Shown: positions 1 to 10,027 of the stretch, piece after piece
Layout of the letters: each line of letters starts with the position of its first letter
How positions within the stretch are numbered: the first letter of the stretch is position 1
Sequence record: SRR31156797_4828
DNA: 64,000 nt
Direction: 5' to 3' (one strand)
Translations under genes and position numbers: made by a program
The notes under the pieces: model-generated
Seen by the model: the letters and a program-made list of their open reading frames with translations, nothing else
Told to the model about the DNA's origin: nothing
The model's database searches: none

Positions 1-108
1 ATGATTAAATCACGACAAAATAAACAAACTAAGAGGACGATAAGTGGTATGAATGATTCTATCAAATATGAATACAAAACAAGGAAAGTAATATTAAAAA
101 AAATCTGA
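1..108 (+). CDS. Short ORF or 3' end of an upstream gene (hypothetical)
   Basis: Open frame 1-108 ending in TGA, followed directly by a hairpin. May be truncated by the window edge. Confidence 0.25.
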   Translation: MIKSRQNKQTKRTISGMNDSIKYEYKTRKVILKKI

Positions 109-138
109 GCTAGAATGAGTTTCATCCTGCTCAGATTT
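101..138. terminator. Probable bidirectional intrinsic terminator
   Basis: AAATCTGAGC...GCTCAGATTT inverted repeat flanked by A and T runs, between convergent reading frames. Confidence 0.55.
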
Positions 139-158
139 ATCTTTTTGTATATTAGCCT

Positions 159-928
159 CTATTGAAAATAGCTATTATTCTCCAATGACTTGTGCGTATA
201 CATCGTTGCAAGATGTTGCCTCTCCATTAGCAAATGATACTGAATATATGATGCCTCGGCTTCATTTGTTGCAGTAAAGTTTGTTGCTCTTATTGTAATT
301 CCATCAAGTTCCTTTTCCATAATCTAATCTGGTGGAATTGACGTATAATTCGCAATAAATGAATCAATTTTTTCACTTAGATCTGATACTTTTGGAGAAT
401 CAATTGATGATGTCGTTTCTGATGAATGAGTTTCATTAAGCAAAGAACTGCAAGAAGTTTCTGTTTCACTTGCTATTAGACTTTGTGAGGTTGACTCTTC
501 GGTTTTGTTATACGAATCTTCAAAGGATGTTTTATGTAGTTTTACATTATTCAAAAAACCATCTATAGCTACAAAGTACTCAATTGATTCTTCATCATCA
601 TTCAGGAAAAATGTCATATTGTTTTTATACTTAAATTTTATTAATTCGGGAAAAATATTTTTTAGCTCATCATCAGACACTTCAATATAAAATCCATTTC
701 CAGACTTTTTCACTGTGTAAGGAAAACCAGGTGAATTATAATCATCATTTCCATAATCGATTATTTTTTTCTTTATCTATTCTAAAAGAAAACTCTCCTT
801 CCCCTCGTTAGCAACACCATACCAATCACCATAGAAGTCTTTAGCTGGATCTACAGATAGAAAATAGCCCCCTACAAATCCAATTATAACCAACAAGATA
901 AACCCTAATATTTTTATACTTTTTTCAT
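159..928 (-). pseudogene. Pseudogene of an N-terminally membrane-anchored protein with a Ser/Thr/Glu-rich linker
   Basis: GGGGG RBS and ATG at 928, then a frameshift in an A-run. One frame then reads SIKILGFILLVIIGFVGGYFLSVD..., with in-frame TAG stops near 778 and at 324-326, and continues to TAG at 159. ORF 324..713 is its middle fragment. Confidence 0.6.
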
Positions 929-1178
929 AAACCCCCTATTATGTTCCTTTTTTAATAATACAGTATAACGAATATTATGCATTGAAAATCAAGTTTGTGC
1001 CCCAAAGAACGAAGATTTACTTGCATATTATCGTATTCAACTTTGTTCAATTTTACATCCTTTCCTACGTATTACAAAATTTTTAGGATATAAATATAAA
1101 TTAAAATGATTTTTATATATTATAGTATGGTATATTAAGTTTGTTAGTAAAATAATAATTAAAAAGGAGATTAAAACA

Positions 1179-2072
1179 ATGAAGAAGTTTTTAATTAGTG
1201 TAGTGTTTGGTATATCAGTTTTAAGTTTTGGTCAAATAAATGGTTATGCAGATGAGAATGGTTTTGAGATAGATGAAACTAATCAATCATTAATTAATGA
1301 GGCAATATCCAATGAAGAGTCCAATAGAGATTATATTGATGGTGTAATTAGAATGTTTGAAGATTCTGATAGTGCTGACGAGTTCAACGCATCTTTAAAT
1401 GAGAGGTTAACAGTTTTAAATTCCTATGATGCCGAACAAGATGCATTGTTGGAAGAGTATAAAGCGGACGTTGCCGAATCAGTTGATCCTTTTTATGTTG
1501 AACCAAAGTCTAAGATAGGTGCTAGATCATCGGTAACTCCTGCAAATCCAGTTTATGCGGCTGCAATTGCTGCATACAATAAAGGTATATCAATGGTTAA
1601 GAAAAAAGGTCACAATCAGACTGCTGCTTATATGAAGCACGCCATTATTTCTGCTGAGAATTACTATTGGAATCCAACATGGAAGCCTTCGACATATGTT
1701 AATAAAAACGATAGCTGGGCAAAGACTGTAGACGGCGAGGAGTTAATGACCGCTTATTATTCTAGACTTAAAAAAGAAGCATTTTCTACAGGTAAAAAAT
1801 CTGGTTCTTTCTCAGGAAGTTATACATTTCTAAGCGGCCAACTTCACACAGCATTACGTGGAGTTAGTTACACAGTAACTTATAAGAAACAAGCCAATGG
1901 AAATTATTGGACTCAAGTAAAGGTTACGGATATATTTGATTTCAAATGGGAGCTAAATGGTTATGATGGCAACTTCGAGGTGGGATTTGGAAACAATTAT
2001 TGTTATGCAATGCAAAGAGCAGGCTTTATCATTCCTTATAAAATCGAAGTGATCCACGAAGTTTCTAGATAG
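1179..2072 (+). CDS. Secreted pre-pro-protein; putative bacteriocin/toxin with a colicin-M-like C-terminal motif
   Basis: AAGGAG RBS; Sec signal peptide (MKKFLISVVFGISVLSFGQINGYA|DE); acidic ~90-aa region; basic C-terminal domain with ANGNYWTQVKVTDIFDF. The function call is inference. Confidence 0.6.
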   Translation: MKKFLISVVFGISVLSFGQINGYADENGFEIDETNQSLINEAISNEESNRDYIDGVIRMFEDSDSADEFNASLNERLTVLNSYDAEQDALLEEYKADVAESVDPFYVEPKSKIGARSSVTPANPVYAAAIAAYNKGISMVKKKGHNQTAAYMKHAIISAENYYWNPTWKPSTYVNKNDSWAKTVDGEELMTAYYSRLKKEAFSTGKKSGSFSGSYTFLSGQLHTALRGVSYTVTYKKQANGNYWTQVKVTDIFDFKWELNGYDGNFEVGFGNNYCYAMQRAGFIIPYKIEVIHEVSR

Positions 2073-2075
2073 TAT

Positions 2076-2108
2076 AAAAAGAGATGAGCTCTACGCTTAT
2101 CTCTTTTT
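2076..2108. terminator. Bidirectional terminator between convergent genes
   Basis: AAAAAGAGATGAGC-tctac-GCTTATCTCTTTTT hairpin with A and T tails. Confidence 0.7.
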
Positions 2109-2354
2109 GTTTAAGATATATATAATGGATTTTACTAGTGCACCCAAGAAAAGTATCAGGGCTAATACCTTAAAAACTACACCAAGTTCCCAGTTGATTG
2201 ATCCTTCTCTTAAAAGCTCCTGTTTTTGGGATTTGCTTAGTCCTTCAACGCTTACAGGAATCCAATTTACACTTAAATAGACACCTATAAGTAGCGAAAT
2301 CATTGAATATATATATAGGATTCTTATTTTTAAACCTTTTAAAAAGTTAATCAT
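2097..2354 (-). CDS. Small two-TM membrane protein (85 aa), candidate immunity protein
   Basis: AAGGAG RBS before ATG at 2354; two hydrophobic segments separated by a short charged loop; basic C-terminus. Confidence 0.6.
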   Translation of the reverse strand: MINFLKGLKIRILYIYSMISLLIGVYLSVNWIPVSVEGLSKSQKQELLREGSINWELGVVFKVLALILFLGALVKSIIYILNKKR

Positions 2355-2440
2355 CTTAGCACTCCTTTGCAAACTATTATATCAGAAAGCTAACTTTAAA
2401 TAATTATCGCTAATATAATTTAATAATTTGTGAGTACTTT

Positions 2441-2811
2441 TTATAAGAGGTTACTTTTGCCCGACCACTTGGTTATGTTAGCTATTTTAATATTCCTAAT
2501 TTTATCATAGCCAACCTTATTACCACCAACATATATTTCTAGTTCATCATGCCCCTTAAATATGGCCAACTATATTAGGAAAGTAATTTCCATCTCGATC
2601 ATGCGCTTCAATTTAGATAGCTACTGATTTGTTCTTGAGTGTTGCCTGATTTAAAGTTTCGGCGATCTCATTAACATCCATCTGGAACTTTTGAATTGGT
2701 TTACTTCTTTCAATAGTTCTTTCTCCATCAATTGCTTTGGTATGTTCTGTAAGATAAAATCCTCCCCATTTCACCATTCCTTTTTCAACTATTTTTCCTT
2801 TAATGGATCAA
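2441..2811 (-). pseudogene. YolD-like protein pseudogene
   Basis: Manual translation: MVKWGGFYLTEHTKAI...QMDVNEIAETLNQATLKNKSVAI*IEAHDRDGNYFPNIVGHI/(frameshift)KGHDELEIYVGGNKVGYDKIRNI. It resembles the YolD-like partners of Y-family polymerases on Firmicute mobile elements. Confidence 0.65.
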
Positions 2812-3771
2812 TTAAATAAATGATCCACCATCCACAAAAGTGGTATAAATATGCTCGTCCGCCACTGGTTCCCCTTGGATCGATTGTACGATTTTCTCAG
2901 CTGCAACCATCCCCCATCGATGTTTCGAATAGGAGATCGTCGCTAAGCGCGGCTGCACAAAAGCGCCTAATTCCGTGTTATCAAACCCGATGATGCGGAT
3001 CTCTTTTCCGATGCGATAGTCGGTCTCGCGGACATATTTGTAGACACCGATCGCCATTTCATCATTGAAGGCAAAGATATCAATGGGAAACTGGGGATCA
3101 TTTGCTAAGAGCTGTTTTGCCGCTCGATAACCAGAAGGTTCCGTGAAGTCACCAGGAATGACTTCATAAGGAATACCAAAGCGCGTCAATTCTTTCGTAC
3201 TGGCTTCCAAGCGCTCCCGACTGTCGTAGCCTTTTTCTGGCCCTGCTAAGAGGAAGACTTTTTGGCTTTGTCCAGCGATCAAGCGATCGATCGCCAGCGC
3301 CGCCCCTCCTTTATTGTCTAACAAGACTTGATGGATATTTTCATGAGACAAGACACGGTCTAACACGACGATTTGATGTCCTCGTTGGGCGTATTGCTCG
3401 ATTTCCTTTGCTGGAAACGTCCAATCCAAAATGATGGCACCGTCCACCATCCGCTCAGGAATAAACAAGTGTGATTTCTTGCCGCTGCAGACGATCATTT
3501 CATAGCCGAAAAGTTCCAACCCTTTCTTGATGCCATCTAGCAATTCCCCATAAAAACTTCCGGCATAATCGGCGAGATAAACACCGATGATGTTGGTTTG
3601 TCTGCGTTTCAGTGTGCGAGCAGCCATGTTCGGAACATAGTTCAATTCGTTTGCGATCGCTTGAATCCGCGCACGGGTTTCCTCGGTCACTTTTGGACTG
3701 CCATTCAATGCATACGAAACGGTGGATATGGAGACACCCGCTTTTTGGGCAATATCTTTGATTCCTACCAT
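2812..3771 (-). CDS. LacI-family transcriptional regulator of the beta-1,2-glucan operon
   Basis: N-terminal IKDIAQKAGVSISTVSYALN HTH, YVPN hinge, periplasmic-binding-protein-like sensor domain. Confidence 0.95.
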   Translation of the reverse strand: MVGIKDIAQKAGVSISTVSYALNGSPKVTEETRARIQAIANELNYVPNMAARTLKRRQTNIIGVYLADYAGSFYGELLDGIKKGLELFGYEMIVCSGKKSHLFIPERMVDGAIILDWTFPAKEIEQYAQRGHQIVVLDRVLSHENIHQVLLDNKGGAALAIDRLIAGQSQKVFLLAGPEKGYDSRERLEASTKELTRFGIPYEVIPGDFTEPSGYRAAKQLLANDPQFPIDIFAFNDEMAIGVYKYVRETDYRIGKEIRIIGFDNTELGAFVQPRLATISYSKHRWGMVAAEKIVQSIQGEPVADEHIYTTFVDGGSFI

Positions 3772-3784
3772 GGCTTCTCCTTTC

Positions 3785-6700
3785 TTAACGATAAATATCG
3801 ATCGTATTGGTTTGGTTTTCGCTTAATTTGGCGCAAAGCGCTGCTTTCTTCAGGACAAACGCACCTTGGCGGTAGCGATTTTCCGCAAACTCAGTGGACA
3901 TTTCTTCGCCGTTGATCAATATTTTCGGCGTACTTGACGAATGATAGACGATTTCGACCGGCCGATCATAGAGTCGATACGTCAGTGTCAATCCTGCTAA
4001 TTCCGCTGGCAAGACGGGATCAAGTTCAACGTGATCAACAAAGGTCCGAATGCCTAACACATTGCTGATCAACTGATTCATATAGATCCCCGGTCCACTA
4101 GAATAGATGCGCCAGCCGCCTTTGACGCCGACTGTTGCCTCCTTAAGTTTACCAAAATTTTCTTGGGCTTCAACCCTTGTTTTGAAATCGCCATCAGAAC
4201 TACTGAAATACGCATTTGCTTGACGGATTTCCGCATTTTCGACCCGTTGAGCGATTTGGATCGGATTAATGACCCCAAGTGCTTGCCAAGTCTCTTCTTC
4301 TCGACCTAATTTCGCCATGGCCTCTGTAAAGCGGATGTGGGCGTGAACGTACTGTAAACCGATTTCTCGTCCAAAATTGGCTGCTTGTTCTGCCCGCTTG
4401 AAGTTGGTGCTGACACCACCCGCATAAGTCGCTGGACGATTCATCAAGCGCACCCCATCTGGAAATTGCAAATGCTCCTTGATGATCGCCACATGATGAT
4501 CGGCTTGTTCGGGAGATAACAGCTCGCCGATCATGCTTTGCTGCATCGGCAGCAAGCGGTATTGGATACCGGTTTTCTTGTCAGTCGGATGGACCATCAG
4601 TTCCACGTGCTCGCTATCTTCCATATAGACAAATCCTGGCAAAGTCCCATCAGCTAACATGTATTTTTCAAAGTCATGTTTGATTCCCGCAGACAGTTCC
4701 GTTAAATGTTTGGCATACTCTGGGTCAACTGACTGCAACTGGTTGGCTAATTTTTTCAATACTTCATAGGTCAAGGCAACGGTCCAGCTGCTGGCCATTT
4801 GTTTCTTCAACTTACTGTTATTTGGCTGCAAGGTGTCATCCCAATCGCCATCACCATAACAAGACAGGTACGTTCCTTCCAAAAAGTTCGCTTCGATATA
4901 CGCCACTTCTTTTTTCAAATGATCAAACAAAGAAGCATTGGTTCTGGTTTTCAAGAAGGTTGTGCGATCCGTATAAGGCAGTTCTTTTTCCAAAATCGCA
5001 AAATCTTTGGTTTTTTCGAGATAGTCACTAACGACTTTCATTGGCCAAACGATCACATCTCCGTGGCTCTCATCGGCTTTTTGTTTCTCATAGCGATCAA
5101 ACATAAACCATTGTGGCCAGTTGCCGTCATCTGCAAATTGATTTTCAAACAAATGCTCGATGATGGACGCCACCATCTCAGGACGATTGAGGGCTAAGAA
5201 ATACTCAGTCGGTCCTTGGGAAACGTCTCGAGTCCCCCAAGCAGCACCACCGTACTGTTCAAGGCCATGAGGAGACAAGTAATGAACAAGCATATTGTGG
5301 GTGTACCAACGTGCCAAGTGATTGAAGGATGCGACATCTGCCTGCGAATGTTTCAATTCAAACTGATTCAACAAATCATCGACAAAGGCCGTATAGGCAG
5401 TGTCTTCTTGCTGGCGATCTAACGTTTCGGAAACAAAGGGTTCACCAGTCAGTGTGCCTTGGATCACGAAGGAAACCGTCGCCTGTTCTGCAAAGGTCAA
5501 TACGGTCGTGCTATCGTCGGCTGCCACATTGAAAATCGTTTCATCGGTTAGTTCAAAAGGTTGTGCTGCATGGAGATAATACGTCAATTCTGGATAAGTT
5601 TCCGCAATCGGTGAATCCGCTGTTCCTTTGATGGTGAGCAATTGCTGGTCTTGCGTAATGGTAACAGTCGGTACCGCTTCATCGATCCCCATCACAAATT
5701 GATTAGTGATGGCCCAGGTGTAAGCACGACCTTGTTCACTAGTGATGGTGGTTGCAATCGTGCGTCCATTTGCTTTCGTGAAGGTCGTTACTTGAATGAC
5801 ATCATCCGCTGTTTTGTAGTACCACGTCGCCGAATTTAAGCCCATTTCAAAGGCAGATGGCATCGTTAAAATCCGCCATTGATCGCCGTCTTTCAGATAG
5901 ATCCGCTGACCGGAACGTTTGAAAAGATTCAATGAGTTGCGGCTATTACTCAACAATTTGTTCATGTTCGTATTGCCTAATACGATTTGGGAGTTAAACA
6001 TCCCCGTCATGTAAACAGTCGTGCTCAAAATGGGTTGATCGACGATCAACTCTTGTCCGCTCATCAAAATATGCCCATGGGAGCGTTCCATCTGCCCTTC
6101 CTTTTCCTTCAACACGACATGGTGATAATCAGGGGTAAAAAAGGAATAAAGCTGTTGGTCAACGATTTCCACTGCTTCTTGCTGAGGAAATCGCTCGTTG
6201 ATTTCTTCTGTGGTAAATGTCAGCCCTGTGAGCGGTCGACCGAAGTTTTTTCGAGCCTGCGCCGTTGCCTGCAACGAGTCAAAGGACAAGGCTTGATACG
6301 TTTCTTTCAACGTTTCAAGTGCAAACTGCGGTTCATTGACTGCCGTCGCTTGATTGGCTTTGACCGCTGCGTAAAAAACGATTTCCGTAGGTGTCTCACT
6401 TATTGTCAACCATTGCGTTTGCAGTGCCGTATAGGCAAATTCGTATTGATACACTTCATTGGCTAATGTCTCTTGGCTGAGTGCAGCTGGTTGATTCGTT
6501 TCTTTGTAGCTGCGACCGAAAAATTGATAGCCATCCGTCGAGAAGCCTTTTAAGGCTTGGAAGCTGCCCTGTTCCACCAATGGAAATTGACCATTTTGTG
6601 GTTGATTTTGGCGAGAAGATAGCACGATTCGATCCTTATCATGGCTAACATGATGGTCGATATATTGCGAAACATAGGCTTCATTGGATTGAACAGCCCC

Positions 6701-7075
6701 TTTGGCTGCGTTACCAAGATCTTGTCCGTAAACCAATTCCGCTTCCCCAGAACCACTCAATTGAACTCGCCAGAACCAGCAATCTTGTGCCAATTGGAAA
6801 TCTACTTGGTAACTGATAGACTGGTACGTTCCAGTCCAAGTCAGCTGTTTGTCTGAGTAAGCAAAGGCACTGTCAGCATTTGAGCCGATCAAGGGAATGA
6901 AGTGCCATTCCCCCGCTTCACGCAGTCGTAGATAGATTTGATTCAAACTGCCATCTAGCGCATTCCCATTCAATTGATTGATCATCACATCGTGACTTTG
7001 GATCTCATATAAATCACCGTTTGGTAAAAACGTCACGGTCGTATTTGCATTATTCATCACTATTTTTTTCGTCAT
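3785..7075 (-). CDS. GH94 glycoside phosphorylase, most likely 1,2-beta-oligoglucan phosphorylase (SOGP)
   Basis: 1096 aa; motifs PHGLEQYGGAAWGTRDVSQGP, YGDGDWDDTLQP and GGWRIYSSGPG, as recalled for the Listeria SOGP subfamily; same gene context as that cluster. Confidence 0.85.
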   Translation of the reverse strand: MTKKIVMNNANTTVTFLPNGDLYEIQSHDVMINQLNGNALDGSLNQIYLRLREAGEWHFIPLIGSNADSAFAYSDKQLTWTGTYQSISYQVDFQLAQDCWFWRVQLSGSGEAELVYGQDLGNAAKGAVQSNEAYVSQYIDHHVSHDKDRIVLSSRQNQPQNGQFPLVEQGSFQALKGFSTDGYQFFGRSYKETNQPAALSQETLANEVYQYEFAYTALQTQWLTISETPTEIVFYAAVKANQATAVNEPQFALETLKETYQALSFDSLQATAQARKNFGRPLTGLTFTTEEINERFPQQEAVEIVDQQLYSFFTPDYHHVVLKEKEGQMERSHGHILMSGQELIVDQPILSTTVYMTGMFNSQIVLGNTNMNKLLSNSRNSLNLFKRSGQRIYLKDGDQWRILTMPSAFEMGLNSATWYYKTADDVIQVTTFTKANGRTIATTITSEQGRAYTWAITNQFVMGIDEAVPTVTITQDQQLLTIKGTADSPIAETYPELTYYLHAAQPFELTDETIFNVAADDSTTVLTFAEQATVSFVIQGTLTGEPFVSETLDRQQEDTAYTAFVDDLLNQFELKHSQADVASFNHLARWYTHNMLVHYLSPHGLEQYGGAAWGTRDVSQGPTEYFLALNRPEMVASIIEHLFENQFADDGNWPQWFMFDRYEKQKADESHGDVIVWPMKVVSDYLEKTKDFAILEKELPYTDRTTFLKTRTNASLFDHLKKEVAYIEANFLEGTYLSCYGDGDWDDTLQPNNSKLKKQMASSWTVALTYEVLKKLANQLQSVDPEYAKHLTELSAGIKHDFEKYMLADGTLPGFVYMEDSEHVELMVHPTDKKTGIQYRLLPMQQSMIGELLSPEQADHHVAIIKEHLQFPDGVRLMNRPATYAGGVSTNFKRAEQAANFGREIGLQYVHAHIRFTEAMAKLGREEETWQALGVINPIQIAQRVENAEIRQANAYFSSSDGDFKTRVEAQENFGKLKEATVGVKGGWRIYSSGPGIYMNQLISNVLGIRTFVDHVELDPVLPAELAGLTLTYRLYDRPVEIVYHSSSTPKILINGEEMSTEFAENRYRQGAFVLKKAALCAKLSENQTNTIDIYR

Positions 7076-7090
7076 AGAAACCTTCCTATC

Positions 7091-9241
7091 TTACCTAACT
7101 AATTGCAGGGTTGTTTGTTGGGTGTCTCGGCTGTTCCCACCAATCATGATGTGGAATTTCCCAGGATCACTGCTTGCTTGTTGGTTGCTGTGGACATAGC
7201 GCAGCAGTTCTTCCGTGATCTCAAATTGAACGGTTGTTGATTCGCCAGCTTCTAGCCAAATTTTCTTAAAGCCTTTCAGTTCTTTCACTGGGCGAACCAC
7301 TTCACCGACTAAATCGCGAATGTAGCATTGGACCGTTTCCCAGACCGCTGCTGTTCCTTGGTTCGTAACAGTGATGGATGCCGTGACTGTTTGATCTTTG
7401 GTCATGGTCGGCTGATCCAACGTCACCGTAGAATACGCAACTGGGCTATAGCTCAAGCCGAAGCCAAATGGATATTTGGCATAATTGGAGACATCCAAAT
7501 ATTTTGAGACATATTTTTCATCCGGTGCACTTTCATATGGACGACCGGTATTGTCAACGTTGTAATACACAGGGACTTGTCCAACGGTTTCCGGGAATGA
7601 CATACTCAAGCGGCCGCTTGGATTGTATTCTCCCCACAAGATCTGAGCAAGTGCGTTTCCGCCTTCGGTTCCAGGGAACCAAGCCTCGACGATCGCTTTG
7701 GCTGCATCAACCCCTTGCAAGTCAAGAGGACGACCGTTATAAAGGGTTACGATCAATTGCTCGTTGTATTCTTTCAAGGTTTCAACCAAGGACAATTGGG
7801 CTTGCGGCAAGCGAATGTCGCTGCGACTGGCAGCTTCACCGCTCATCCATTCTTGCTCTCCTAGCGCTAAGACAACTTTATCCGCTTCTTTCACTAATTC
7901 GATCGCTTCTTGGATCGCTGCTTCAGACGGCGCAAAATAATCAAAGGGCTCTTGACCGATCAACAGATCCGCACCCAAGGATTGAGCCCCCGCCACTAAC
8001 GTCACCACTTCTTCTTGTTTCCCTTGCCAAGACCAAGCACCTAATAGATCACGGGAGTGAGCACCCGGGCCCACAATCGCCACTTTTTCGGTTTTCTGCA
8101 ACGGCAGGACACCTTCATTTTTCAACAACACCATTGATTTCTTTGCGATATCTCTGGCGATCTCTCGGTGTTCTTGAGACAGAACAGTGGCTGCTTCAGC
8201 GGCTTCATCAGCACCGCGGTATGGATTTTCAAATAGACCTAGTTCATTTTTCAAGGTCAAGATTCTTAGCACGGCTTCATCGACTAAGGCTTCCTCAACA
8301 GTGCCTTCTGCGATCAGCTCTTTCAAGTTATCAGTGTAGCAAGTCGTCATCATCTCGATATCGACCCCAGCTTTGATGGCTAATTCAGCGGCGTGTTTTT
8401 CATCTTCCGCTGCGCCATGGGCGATCACTTCTTTGATTGCTGCCCAGTCAGAGATCACAACGCCTTCAAACCCGAATTCTTCTCGCAAAACATCGCGGAA
8501 AAGCCAGCGATTGGCTGTTGCTGGAATACCGTCCACCGTATTGAAGGAGGTCATCACCAGTTTGGCACCGGCATCAAGGGCCGCTTTATAGCCCGGTAAA
8601 TAACTTTCTCGCAGTTGGCGTTCTGACATATTGACCGTGTTGTAATCGCGACCGCCGATAGCCGCACCGTAAGCCGCAAAATGTTTGACACACGCAGCCA
8701 CGCGGTTGAAATCTGTTCGCAGATCATCCCCTTGATAGCCTTTGACAAAGGCTTCAGCGAAGCGACTGTTCAAGTAAGGATCTTCCCCCGTCGATTCCAT
8801 GACACGGCCCCAACGTGGGTCTCTTACTAAGTCCACCATCGGTGAAAAGGTCACATGCAAGCCAGAAACAGCTGCTTCTTTGGCAGATACTTCCGCCATC
8901 TTCTCCGCTGCTGCCAAATCCCATGAACTACCTAATCCTAATGGAATCGGAAAAATCGTCCGAAAGCCGTGAATGATGTCCGCCATCAATATCGTTGGGA
9001 TATTCAAGCGGTTATTTTCGATATACTCTTTTTGGACGCGGATCGCTTCTTTTGCACCAGAAACACCTAGCGTTGTTCCCGCATTGTTGATGTTCTCTTG
9101 TGTCAGTCCTAAGTCGCCCATTGGGCCGGTTTTCTCTTCTGCTTTATCTGAATAAAAAGCCGCTGCCAGTTGCAGCAACTGATCGATTTTTTCATCTAAG
9201 GTCATTTCTGAAAGTAGTTCGGTTAATTTCTGCTGTTCCAT
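7091..9241 (-). CDS. GH3 beta-glucosidase (BglX-like)
   Basis: DIIHG, RDPRWGRVMESTGEDP, KHFAAYG, ISDW nucleophile motif, C-terminal Fn3-like domain. Confidence 0.93.
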   Translation of the reverse strand: MEQQKLTELLSEMTLDEKIDQLLQLAAAFYSDKAEEKTGPMGDLGLTQENINNAGTTLGVSGAKEAIRVQKEYIENNRLNIPTILMADIIHGFRTIFPIPLGLGSSWDLAAAEKMAEVSAKEAAVSGLHVTFSPMVDLVRDPRWGRVMESTGEDPYLNSRFAEAFVKGYQGDDLRTDFNRVAACVKHFAAYGAAIGGRDYNTVNMSERQLRESYLPGYKAALDAGAKLVMTSFNTVDGIPATANRWLFRDVLREEFGFEGVVISDWAAIKEVIAHGAAEDEKHAAELAIKAGVDIEMMTTCYTDNLKELIAEGTVEEALVDEAVLRILTLKNELGLFENPYRGADEAAEAATVLSQEHREIARDIAKKSMVLLKNEGVLPLQKTEKVAIVGPGAHSRDLLGAWSWQGKQEEVVTLVAGAQSLGADLLIGQEPFDYFAPSEAAIQEAIELVKEADKVVLALGEQEWMSGEAASRSDIRLPQAQLSLVETLKEYNEQLIVTLYNGRPLDLQGVDAAKAIVEAWFPGTEGGNALAQILWGEYNPSGRLSMSFPETVGQVPVYYNVDNTGRPYESAPDEKYVSKYLDVSNYAKYPFGFGLSYSPVAYSTVTLDQPTMTKDQTVTASITVTNQGTAAVWETVQCYIRDLVGEVVRPVKELKGFKKIWLEAGESTTVQFEITEELLRYVHSNQQASSDPGKFHIMIGGNSRDTQQTTLQLVR

Positions 9242-9247
9242 TTTTAT

Positions 9248-10027
9248 TCATCCTTTGCTTTCTTCAAATTGGACTTCTGCTTCTAAAGGAAAATGATCGG
9301 AGGGAAAACGACGATCACAAGAATCCGTTAGACAGGCGGTTTTGACCACCGTGAAGCCTTTCGTATAGATATAATCAATTTCTTCTAGTTCTTGCCATGG
9401 TAACGTATAAATAAAATTTTGATAGGAGCCTTTTGGCCCGTGATGGGGCTTCTGTCCATGTTCTTTGGCATTTTGAAAATGTTGCTCTAAGTACCGATGC
9501 ACCCGCTCGGTTGGCTCCGCATTCAAGTCGCCCATCAGCAATACAGGATAGCGTTCGATTTGATCTGCCAGCTGCTCAAAGATCACTTTCATCCCTTCAA
9601 AACGAGCCATTTCTGAAATATTATCTAAATGGGTCGTGATGACAAGAAACGGCGGATTCTTTTTTTCCTGTAAGACTGCCCAAACACATAAGCGTGAATA
9701 CGCAGCTTCTGGATGAATACTTGGTTCAGTCGGTGTCAATGACAACCAAAACGAACCTGAAGCTAATAACTCGAAAGCCTCTTTTTGATAATACAGTCCA
9801 ATGCCTTCGCCTAAGCCATCACCATCTCGTTCAGCAGTGACGGAAGCATACTGCGCTAACTTTGCTAAATCTGCAAATTGGCTGGGACGAGCTTCTTGGA
9901 TCGCCAGAACATCCCAGTCGTAGTAATCGATCAAGGAGCAAACCGCCTCCGATCGATAGTGCCATTGCCATTCTTGGTCATAGTCGGTATCGACTCGTAG
10001 ATTGTAGGTTGCTACTTTCATCTTCAT
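9248..10027 (-). CDS. Endonuclease/exonuclease/phosphatase (EEP) family phospho(di)esterase
   Basis: ATYNLR, AIQE, TTHLD, MGDLN, IDYI and SDHFP motifs. Confidence 0.9.
   Translation of the reverse strand: MKMKVATYNLRVDTDYDQEWQWHYRSEAVCSLIDYYDWDVLAIQEARPSQFADLAKLAQYASVTAERDGDGLGEGIGLYYQKEAFELLASGSFWLSLTPTEPSIHPEAAYSRLCVWAVLQEKKNPPFLVITTHLDNISEMARFEGMKVIFEQLADQIERYPVLLMGDLNAEPTERVHRYLEQHFQNAKEHGQKPHHGPKGSYQNFIYTLPWQELEEIDYIYTKGFTVVKTACLTDSCDRRFPSDHFPLEAEVQFEESKG

Larger units (their letters stand above)
1..2811. mobile_element. AT-rich degraded accessory island / mobile-element (prophage/ICE/plasmid) relic; left end lies outside the window
   Basis: Clearly more AT-rich than the DNA right of 2812. 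Contains two multiply disrupted pseudogenes, one YolD-like. The compositional boundary is abrupt at the lacI stop codon. Confidence 0.6.

Noticed and set aside
1-2811. Intact prophage, ICE or defence system
   Set aside because: No integrase, structural, transposase or recognisable defence genes in the window; only relics and cargo.
7468-8376. 302-aa plus-strand ORF
   Set aside because: Fully antisense to the GH3 gene; no RBS or recognisable motifs.
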